From Eutreptiella sp. 'Long Island Sound 2002' (Eukaryota > Protista > Euglenida): 64,000 nt of DNA. Location of the stretch: positions 22,134,001 through 22,198,000 of the forward strand of contig OZ038379.1 in NCBI GenBank assembly GCA_964036045.1, given 5' to 3'. Made by a program: the position numbers and the translations under genes. Under the pieces are notes generated by a model. It did no database searches, was not told the origin of the DNA, and saw nothing but the letters and a program-made list of their open reading frames with translations. Shown here one piece after another: positions 32,160 through 43,400 of the stretch; within the stretch, counting starts at the first letter, position 1; every line of letters starts with the position of its first letter.

Positions 32160-33842
32160 TGTAAGGGAAAACCCCGCTAACTTGGACTGAACCGCGACGC
32201 GCAGAGTTTTGAGATTTTCTCGAAATTTTTGGGAGATGAAAGGTTGAGACGCTGGGAATGTCTTTTTCAGGTGTCTGTTTACCAGGTGAGCTATCTGTAA
32301 TGTCGTCGAGTCGTCGATTTCGCAGTGTAATTTGGTCAAACTTTCAGACACTTAGAGGACCACTTTTTACCCCAACCCCACTAACTTGGACTGAGTTGTA
32401 TGTAGACGCATTTGAATAACTTTGTGCCACTGTTTGCGTTCGAAGTGGTGTTTTTTGCATTGGACAGCTTGCAGCTGTCTAGTCATGTCGAAAACGTGGT
32501 TTGAGTTGTCTTTTGGTTGGTCCTGTGTTGTACTTGTTGGGGGTTTGTTCCCTTAAAGTGAAACTTTGGTCTTTGGTCATGTACTCTGAGCATGCCATGT
32601 CCTTGAGACATGATGGGTTGGATCTCGACATGTCCCATGTTTCGAGTTTAGAAGTTCGTTTTTGGGTGTTTGGCCACAGGGTGACGTACGTTTTATGGGT
32701 TTAACTCGCGGTTAGGGTCCCTTTCCACAGGTCACAAGTTCGTTGTTCGGCCGTTGGGGTGTTTGGACCAATTCTGCACATGTTGGTTGGGAGGGAGATG
32801 TGCAATTGTGAAGATTGTTTGCTTTTGCCACCAAAATGTGGCTTGCATCTGCCTGCACAAGGTAAGTCATGGTCATTCAACACGTTTCTAAGTGCTTTTG
32901 ACGTTTACAACACAAGGCTGGCTTTCTTTTTGTGTTCAAGAGGTCTTTGTAGCACCAAAAGGCACCGGTGACCAAGGAAGGCTCACACTAAGGCCCACAC
33001 AAAAGTCCTTGGAGGTCTTGGAGTGGCACACTTTGGGAACAACAAACCACCTCAAAAAGTGGCCACTCCGAGCTACACCAACGACTACAAACGAGTGCCA
33101 ACCTTACTTGGTCACCATTTTTGTTTGATACCTTTCCTTGTTATGGAAAGGGGCGTCAATATGGAAAACAAGCTTTCCAAAGGTGCACACTATCCTTACT
33201 TTGTGTTGCCAAACACTTGTTGCCACCAAGAAGTAGCCATTCAAAAGAGGGTCACTTTTCTACCCCTCCACCCTTAGGCTAAGGTCTGACCATCCCTAGG
33301 GCCGTGACGGATAGGGTGTGTTCTTTTTGTGTTAAGAAGGTCTTCCGAACTCAAAAAAGTTCCAAGGAAAACTCACCTTTGGGGCAAAGTTTTGGCCCAA
33401 GCACCTCTTTGGCCCCTCCCTTCACCATTAGGCTCAATGATGGAAATGGGCCAATGATTGTGCACAATGTGACCGAAAGTGGTCAAGTTTGTAACTCAAC
33501 CGAGGTGCCCGGGGGGCCCAGGGGCCGTCGACAACCTCGGCGCATGGCTGGGAAAAGCCAGCAGCCGCCGGCTTCGGCCGGTGGCTTGGTTTTTTTTAAA
33601 AAATTTCGTCGGAGGGACCAAATCCATAAATAATATTTTCGGTTGTTGTCGGAGGCGAATCAATGGTCCAAGGGGTAAAGCCGGGCATATTATGCGCAGG
33701 AGGGAGCACTACGGCGGTTCGAGTCCCGCCGTGTTCCCTTTTTTCCGTTTGGGGGGACTGGCGCGCAGTCAGATTTCGGCGCGCATCGGCGCGCGCCAGT
33801 CCAACAGGCGGGGTAATCTAAGTCGCGGGGTTTTCCCTTACA
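32160..33842. mobile_element. 1.68-kb non-autonomous TIR element between U2 and eIF2B-epsilon
   Basis: Perfect 18-bp TIR TGTAAGGGAAAACCCCGC (32160-32177 / 33825-33842) and subterminal CCCC(G/A)CTAACTTGGACTG-like repeats. No transposase ORF; TSD unclear. Confidence 0.7.
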
Positions 33843-34462
33843 CCTGCATTTTTTGAAAGGAAAATTTCTCCGTTGTCCGGTGTCCCCAGTCCGGCGCGCA
33901 GGCGGCTTTGGACAAGCTGATCAAAGGAGGATTTAAGGAGCATCTCGCATGGAGCACCACCTCATTTTTAGGTGCTGTGGGGGGATGGCAAATAGTGCTC
34001 AAAGTGAATGGTTTCTATCGTCGTTGGCCGATAACCACCTGACTTGGTGCATTTGGTCGTGTATAGCAGTATCTGTATTGCGTACCAACTTATTGAGTCA
34101 TGGGCCGAATGTCAACCACTTGCGAACGAGTGTTTTTTTTTCTCTCGAAAAGCTCGACCAATATTCTTTTTCTTGCATGTGTCGCAAGTCTTGGTCATTA
34201 TGGTCCACGCTCGTCAATTTCGTGGACGGAAGGGTGAGGACTCACATATGCAACACTCAATTTCATACAGCCGTGCTTGTGCATTTTGATAAAGTGCTTA
34301 CGCTCCGGATTCATTTGAGGGCAAGCTGAAACGACGTGTCAAAAGGAAACAACGTACGGCACACGCCCAGCGAATCCGCAGCCGTTATTGTCCGTACTTG
34401 TGGCCTCCGGGCATAAGCCCCGATCCGGTACCCTCATCGTCCGCATTTGTTAAGTGAGCGCC

Positions 34463-37400
34463 ATGTCTCGAGCAAAGGGCAAAGATACGAAAGGCAAAGA
34501 TACAGTTCAAGGGGCCGAGAAGTTTTCCGCTGTGATCTTGGCCGATTCTTTCACACATGATTTCAAACCTATTACTATTGAGGCACCACGGGCTCTTATG
34601 CCTATCGCCAATGTCGCCGTTATTGATTACACGATAGGTGCGTTTGCACTTTGCAAAGGGTCAATTGGTTTAGTGTTGGCGAGTGTCGCACGGGTGGGGA
34701 CATGGCATCGCTCTTCATAATACCCTAATTTATATGGTGGAGCGACCCTACCCGTTCAAGAACGAACCATTAATCATTTGCGTGTCGGAATTGTTTTCGA
34801 TTTGCTCGCTTGCTCACTCGCAAGGCACCGAAGTGGGCCCAAAGCACCCCCACACGTGGCAACCAAACCTTGTGATGCTCCAAAAGTCATTCCACTTGGG
34901 CAACTTGTGCCGAGGGTTTTCAACGGCCTTCGTCTTTAATTCTTAAGTTGCCGGTTCAACGGAATGTGCCCGCAACATACGGGGACATGTCAAGAGCGTT
35001 ACAGATCTAACGTGTCACTAGTAACCGAAAAAAGTGATCCGAGAGATTCGTTTGTGTTATGTTTTCATCGTCACACAATTTGGAAGGTGCATCATGGGTG
35101 TTTACGGTGTTGTGGTCGAGAAAAGGACAAAGAGGACGTGGAGAGAAATCCCTGTCGGCCTCGCGTTGGCCTGCAATCCCAAAAGAAAAGAGGCAAGAAA
35201 GATGTGTAGGGCTTCCTCGTTGTGCCATACGATGAGGCTGCAGTGACACACTTTTGTCTCGGTCTCCGTTACACACGCTATGCAACACCTTTTGCATTTT
35301 TCTTAGAGTGGTTAATCTTGAACGGTGTTGAGGAAATCTTTGTCCTTTGCGCATCACACGCCGAGAAAGTTGAAGAGCATGTGAAGAATTCGCGCTGGGC
35401 CAATTGCAAACACGTATGCACTCCATTTTAATATCCCCTGGATGTGTGACCATGGCGAGGAAATCATGGGTGCTTTAAGTTAGTGGATGGAAGGGAGCAC
35501 AAGACGGTTCCTATCGGCACTCCGCGAAGGGCTACATGCGGTTTGCGGGGTTTGCCACGGGTAGCATTGTGGTTGGTTTGTCACCGCCGCAAACGTGTCG
35601 TCGGTTGCACAAACAGTGATGGGATCGGGTATTGCCCCATTGCGACGGACCATGTGGTTAGCAAGATGAAACCGCACGCTTGCGCAATTTCGCTTCAACA
35701 GATCCACATGAAGATCCTCGTTGCGCAATGCGGCAATCCGGGGGACGCGATCCGTCATTTGAATGATTACGACGTGCTACGACAAGATTTCATTTTGGTA
35801 TTTCACCCGCTTCGTTGGCCCCTCGGTGGCTTTGGGGCCCGTCAATGTGCAAACTAAGGGGAGTAGGTTGGCTCCCAAGACTGACTTTTCCCCTCCCCAA
35901 GTTCTTCGTCGGAAACCCGTTGCAACCACGACAATTTCCGATTGGCCACGTTCTAAAGGCGGCGTTAGGGCAAGCGGGGTGACCCCCCCCCCAAAAAAAA
36001 ACCAACTCAATGGCTCAACTCAGCTCAACAAAAAAACTCGAACAATAACCCAACTCAGTAACTCGATTGAACTCATAACACTCACACGGCTTAACTCAAC
36101 AACACTGCACAACGCCTCCAAGCACATTCCCCGACACCTCCTCAAGATCCAAAGTTGGCGCCATGCAAAGCCCCGCGGGATCGTGGTTGATTGGCTTGCA
36201 AGGCGGTTAAATCAACTTCAACATGGGAGCGAAATGACACCACATAGGAATCATCGAGACCGTTCCATGTGGTCCATCCAAGTTGTTTTTGACTCGCGAA
36301 TCTTGCGGGCAGAAGTCGAGCTTGTGAATTGTTCTTGAATTGATCTATGGTGAATATTGTCGTTGAGTTGTTTTTGAGCCGAGAAGTACCAGTCCTTCAA
36401 ATGGCATCGGTGCAGTTATGCCTTCCAACTTCCAATTTAATATTGGCGAGGGGCAAGTTGGATCGGGGAACAAATTTGGTGACCGCACGAGAAATGATCA
36501 CCGCTTCATTCTTGTGCCATTTGGCATTCATCTTTGATCCACCCTCCAAATCCAAGTAACTGAGGTTGGTCGTACTCCACGACATCTTTGTGTCCAGGTA
36601 TCAGGAGACATCTTGACAAATTTCACAAACTTGAAGCAGTTGCTGAAACGGCACAAGGAACGGAGGTAGAACTCTTTGCATTGCTTTCACCACAGGCATT
36701 TCTCATTGAGAAGGTCCTAGTTTTGCCTTCGGATCTCCAGTCCCTTGGTTGTGCATGGTTCTTAACATTTATTTCCACACGCACTGGGGATATGGTTAAC
36801 TAGGAAGCCAACAGAGAACAACGACCCCACGGCCGAAACCCCCCGCGGTCCTGAAAACCCTACCCCGAGACACCCGAGTCGACAATTGAAATTTGGTCGC
36901 GACCAAATGCACACACTCAAGATGGTGTGAACCAAGAGCCCAAAACCAACTCAAAGTATTGAACGTGGATAGCTTGAGGGCCCAATTAGCACCATTTGTA
37001 GCGCATACCTTCTCGGCCTTTTGGCTAAGATCAAGTGTAGTATCTGTTCTTATCAGCTTAATTTCTGATATATCCAGCACTGCTGGATATGGGTCATGGG
37101 GTTCCCCTCAGCTTGCTGAGTCCCATGACACGAGTCGCCCTGCTATTGCACTACCGGCAGGTGTGGCTCACCCTTTGGGATCTTCTTCCTCTCATTCAAC
37201 CCTCCTCCAACTTCAACCAACCCCAATCCCAACTTGAACCAACCAAGAACCCAAGGTACGGTTATGGGTTCCACAATTTCAACCAACCCCCACCCCAATC
37301 CCAACTTGCACCAACCCAAAACCCAAGGTAAGGTTATGGATGGGTAGAGTTATGGGTTCCAGCGTATGGGTATGGGTTCCGTCCCCCCTTTCTCATCACC

Positions 37401-40400
37401 TACGAAGGATCATTGAGGCCCAATCGCTCATTGTGGTTCCTCCTTCTCATGGGATCCCACCCAACCCCATGGGAGTTCCACTTTGACGGAGGCCCGCAAG
37501 GAGCTTCATGCACACGCAAACGGCCTTTTTGGCGCATCATAACTGGTTTATTGTGTGGCTCAAACAACCAAGCCCAATCAAAAGCTTCAATTAGGCGTCA
37601 GGGGCTTTGTTTGCCCCCCCCCCCCCTCTGGGATCATCTTCAATGCAGCTCAGCTCACTCTCACCTATTGGTTCTCCTTGTGTGAACCAACCCAACAGCC
37701 AAAGGGGCTTGCAAGGACAAAAGGGTGGATTTGGGTTGGTAAGGAGGCTCAAGGGGCAGCGCGGAATTGAGATACGGCTGCGCTTCCGCGCCGTCAATTT
37801 TCCGGTCTCCCCAAACGATTTTGGGAGGGTACAGAACATTTTAAAACCGGGTTATATGGCCAAGTCTACTGGTCAGTGGCTGATTTACCTAGTGGGACTG
37901 CCGCCGCCGCCGTTGACCTCCGATTTGGCCTTGATTTGGCACCGATGTGGCCCACATCTCCCGAGCGGACAGCGTATCCAAAAATTTCTTTTCATGAATC
38001 TCTTTAGAATGTAAAATAAGGTACATTCAAATCTTAAGATTTATGTATGCCCTGTCCGCTGGCGAGTTATGGGAATTCGTACGTATTATATACAAAGAGG
38101 CGCGAGCGGATGCAGCAATCCTGTTGTACTCTACCAATACCACACAGTGCCGCAACTTTTTTTGGGTCCCCGGTTCGAACCCCACTGGGCACTTTTGTGC
38201 TGCGCCTCAAAACTGTCACCTCAACACTTTTTATACCCCTTTTATAATCTCAACATCGAGGCTTACGGGGATGCTCGGATCAATCTATACCTATGGTTAC
38301 AACATTTGTCCTATTTTAAAACGCAACCAAAATGCCACTTTTGGGGCCCACCGGCTGGACAAAAAAACTTTCCCCCACTGGGGTTCGAACCCAGGACCCA
38401 AAAAGATTAACCGGTTGTTATGACCGCTCGGGTAACCTGACATCCCACCTGCCTTGTCAAGTGTGTGGTCTCAGCACAATATTGTATATCACAAAAGACC
38501 TGTTTGCACTAAAAATCAGGATTCCGGATGACACAAAGACAAGGGGGGAGTCTATCGTCCATCTTTCAACCCAATTTGATGTATTCAAAGTCTAACTGGG
38601 TTGCGACTGCGATATCTCAATTTCGCCCTGCCCCTTGAGCCACCCTAGGGTTGGGTTGCGTTGGGTTTTGGGGGCACACGAGCCTTGGCAGTGGAAATAC
38701 ACTCCCAAGTGGAAATACACCCCAAGAACAAGCATTTTAGGACAGATGTCTTTGCGCTCACCAAACGTGTGTCATCTCATCCAGCATTTCACAAATATAT
38801 TTTCACATTTCCAATAGCCCCGACAGCTCATCATACCACTGAAATGGAAACCAAGAACTTTTAGCACAAGAAAATGAAACGGGGGCTGAGCAACTGTGCC
38901 TCAACTGGTAACATACCTGGTTGGGCAGGGATTGTAATCACGCAGGCAATCCTGCTACTTGGCTGCCGCAACTTGCACTTCTTGTGGCGGCTGAGTAGTG
39001 TTGGTCCCCAATGGGGGTCAATACACAGCTGAATTTTTGGTAGTGGTGGGAAGATGCGCTTGCGCGTCAACCCACCATCTGACCTTTTTCACTTCTAGTC
39101 GACAGCAATCACAGACGCGCCCTCTAACCCCAGCAGGTACTGACAAGCTTGTTCTGGGCACACAGGCCTTGGGGGAACAGCGTGAGGCCGTTTCACGTCG
39201 TCCATGTCCAACAGTCGGTGGGCCACAATCCCAAGTGCATTCGAGTGGTATCATCCTTCGGTCATGCCGCTAGTAGTGCTGGTCTGCGTAGGTGGTCCAC
39301 ACTCTAGCACGTCGCAAAAGGGAGTGCCAGTGCCGTGATTGCCGCACCAGATCATCTAGCACGTCGCGGTATGAAACCATTAGTGAGGCCCCGAGAACGG
39401 CACGTTGATGTAGAAACCAAGGTTGGGCCAGATACTGCATTGCCGAAGCCACAATCCCAAGTGCATTCGAGGGGTATCATCCATTTCGTTTTGCGATGAT
39501 GGTCCTCAGCTTCTACGCTTTTCCATTGGGTATTTGGGATAATGCGGATGCCTCAGTCCCGTCAGCAGGTAACGGTGACAGCTTGTGTTTTCCCTTTCTC
39601 TGGTACACAGCTTGCGGTGTGGCAAGAGAAATGTGAAACGCTGCTGTATTTTCTCCAAGTTTTTGTTTCCGAGTCTTTCTACCACACACCTTGCAGCTTT
39701 TCACCTGGCGATGTGCACTGCTCAAGGCAAAACAAAGTTTTTCTTTCATGGTTGGTGGCCACCAGACAACCAACCAGAGCCTGACCGATGCCGCTCCCTG
39801 GTGTCCCCCCACAGCCGAAGGCCTGGGCAGGCCAGCACATGCCATTGTTTCTGCATGGTCCAGGTATTGCCATCGGGAAAATGGACACTAAGTGAGGCAC
39901 TGCACATGTCATCCTGGTTGTTGCAAGTTTTGTAGGCCATGGGGAGTTCAGACGGTGGAGCAGGGTTACTGTGATATCATGTAGTGCAATGGCAGTGGTT
40001 AGTCCCCTCTCAATGGACTCTCGTCTGCAGGGAATTGGATCCCTCGGTGCTTTTGACTCTCGTGTTCCGTGAGGAGGAGTACGTACCGCAGAAGCCCCCT
40101 GTGGAGCCACTCAGCCCCAACAATTTCCGTTCTGATGTCTCCATGGGATTTGGGTATGTGGTTGTGTAGTGGTACACTCGGTTTGGCTGGTGCGAGACAG
40201 GTACAGCAGTGGAAGGGTTGCACGTCTGTAGGCCCACGATCCTATCGGCAGAACACTCATCAAACGCAATAGCCGAAGTACGTTTAAGATTAGAACACCA
40301 GAAGATGACTGAACAGAAAACACGGCAGAATTTTCAATGAAATGGGTTTGTTGTGTGGGGTCCCACGTTTCTTCTTGACCTCACGTGCGCATCTTCCAAC

Positions 40401-43400
40401 GGCCCGCAGTTCAGGTGCTCATTTTTTGGCAGTATTCCCCATAACAGTTTGAACTTGTTCCTCTGTATTCGGAAGCTGGTGACATTCGCCGTAGGGGTGG
40501 GGTTTCCATATTTCAGTTCGCATCGTTTGGAACACCCAGCCGGTGTGCATGCGACAAACGCGCGCCCCCCATTCGTCGGCGCGTCGTGGAACACGTGGGG
40601 CCGCTGGACCATCTGTTGAGTAGATACCAAATCATTTACGGCTTGCGTGCAAATGAAAGATACCCAACCCGGTGCAACCATGGACACCGAATGCGAGGCC
40701 TCGCACCACGCAGACCACGCACATGGAAACAGGGCGCATTGTGCATCCACCTCGTATGGATGCACCGCGCCTACGAAGCATGGACGTACATTCAAAAAAG
40801 CCTCTGAACGTTTCTTCTCCTGCCCTAAGCGGTCACCTCAAACTGCAGGAAACCGCTCGTGGAGGAGTTCGTGACGGCAGTCATGGATCCGACTACGGGC
40901 ATCCTCTTCCGATGCCAGCCATGGGTTAGTCACAAGTTCACGGCGATTAGTCAAGTATGTGGGCGCTTTTGTTCTGTACCAGCTCTTGTTCATGCCAACA
41001 AAGACTCACGATTTCAGTTGCTTAGTTCCGCTGATGGTCAGTCCTTGTACCTGAGTATGTGGGTGGCTGTAGGTCGCAGTCAAATTTGTCAGCAGCAATC
41101 AGCGAGGGCTTCAGCGTCGCTCATATTCATAGCCCCTGTCTCTGCTCAGGACGACGAATTTGAGGACGAACAGCCCGCAAAGCGGTTTTTGGATTTGGAT
41201 TTGAAGTTGCTGAAGGACAACCCGACGATTGAGTGCAGAAGCGATCTTGTGGATACCAAGTGTGAACGGCCCGTGCTGTGTGAGGGGCAAGGGCTTTGCA
41301 GACTCTAGGGTTGCAGTATGTGGCGGAAAGAAGCCAGGGTATTCTCGGGAGGCAGCTGTACCTCAACAACCTGTATTTATCCAACGACCCTGACACGCCA
41401 ACCTCACCCACCCACTCTTATGCTCGCCAAACTTGCCATCCACAGCCCTCAGCAATCTTTAGTAGTGCTCATCAATCCTCAACAGATATCGCCAATCTTC
41501 AATTATCCTGGTTTGTCATTCGTTGCTGAGGGTAGCAAAGATTTATTCAGGGCTGTAGAGAGACGCAGGGCTATTGAGCGTTGGTGAGGGTCGAGACCCG
41601 TCAAGACGTATTGGTATATTTCGATGGTTCATGGGGGTGATGGGGGTTGTATACGCTCAACATCCTCCCCGGGTCTCTACAACCCCAACTTGGTGGCATG
41701 GACATTTGTGCAAAAAAACCCGCATGGGCGTCAGAATTTCACCCAAATGCAAACCAGAGTCCGTTTGTGGCCCCTGTAATGACAAATTTGCATTTCTAGA
41801 GTGAGAGCAGTGGAACAAGAACACGCGACACAACAACAAGGGTTGGGTAACAGCGGAGGTCAGTGCCAGACCCCAGGTGAGTAGCAGTATATGTGACAGC
41901 ACCCCAAGGAAAAAAGTAGTGCGCATGGCGGACACGAAACTGCGATGGCAGCAGATATGGGCGGAAGATATCTCATTGTTTTTGGGGATTTGGGCCTTCT
42001 CAATTGCTCAACATCCTTGATCCTTTGAACATGCACATCCGCTCTTGATCCTCCATCTCTTGGGTCGCTGTCAGTGCTCGCGCACGCCTTACTGCAGCAT
42101 CGTAATCTGCTCCCTGGAAGTGCTCAGCCTTTTCAAGCAAGAATTTGATTTCTGCGACATCAAGCACGACTGTGTCCAAAGTATTTTGGAGCATGACGTG
42201 TTGGGCAACAAGATGGCAGTCGACATCATCAAGGCCCCGTTCTATGGCCGTGTGGTGTCGTACAGCCATTATGCCACCATATTCCAGGCCATTGTATGTC
42301 AGGGCGGAGGTTTGGGATTCCACAGGGTTCTTCGTTATCTGCGGATCGTGCATTGTACCACTGCGCTCGGTACAGTTCGATATCTCCTACAGTATGGTTG
42401 GCCGATTGCTGTCAGCTCGTCTGAAAGCGTCATTGTGCTGTCCCAGACCTTTTTTTTTTTTTCACTCGTTCAGAGTTTTGGTTGCTGTAGGAGGTTTTTG
42501 AGGGCGAATGAGGGGCGTTGAAGGTGACCGGCTGTGTGGGTTGCAGGCTGACCAAGCCTACAATTTACATCCTCGCGACTATACGTTTGGTGCGTGTGGT
42601 CTGTGTTATCGTTTCCGTAGGTGCCCCCACACGTCATCCTCTCTGTTTTTCTTTTTTGCAACAGCTCGGAAGGTGGCTGTATCCCATGGTGCCTGAGTAC
42701 GATTTCTCGGGCCGCGGCACCGCCTCCTACACGCAGCACCCAAGCAACATCTACATTGCCCAATCGGCGAAGCTCAGCCGCCGCGTGACCCTCCAAAGAG
42801 ATGTGCTCATCGGGACCAAGTCGGTCGTTGAGGATGGGGCTGTGCTCATGAATTGCACCATCGGAGCTCGGTGCAAAATCGGAAAGAACACTAAAGTATG
42901 TGTGCACAGTCCCCCCCCCCCTTCCAACAAGGCAAAGATGGCACACTCTCATGTAAGCACGGAAACCACGAAAAACACTCCATCTTCATCTTTTCGCGTT
43001 CTCACAGTTTTCCGGCCACTATTGTTCGTTCACCAAGGGAATTCGGCCATTTGCACAATTGAGCACTCGGCAGTGGTTCAGCTGCGCTATTTTCCCCATT
43101 TCGACTGTTCTGTTGCTCGCAGATCACCAACGCCTGCATTTGGGACAACGTCACCGTGGGAGACGGCTGTGTTCTGGATTCGTGTATCGCATGCAGCGAA
43201 GTTACGATTATGAACAACGTGACTGTGTCTGAAGGTCTTGTTTCCCCTGCGGTGGCAGGTGGGAGGGGTCAAGGGTTGGGCGCGGGATGCAGGGGGGAAG
43301 AGGAAGCGGGTAGGCCGGAGGCTCGCGGCACTCTGGGAGGAGGCAGGTGGCGGGAGGCAGGTGTAGAAAGTAGCTGGAGTACAGTTGGGTGGAAGATCCC

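Larger units (their letters stand above)
37002..39853. repeat. Right arm of inverted segmental duplication, filling most of eIF2B-epsilon intron 4
   Basis: Continuous reverse complement of the left arm without the LTR insertion. Confidence 0.97.
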
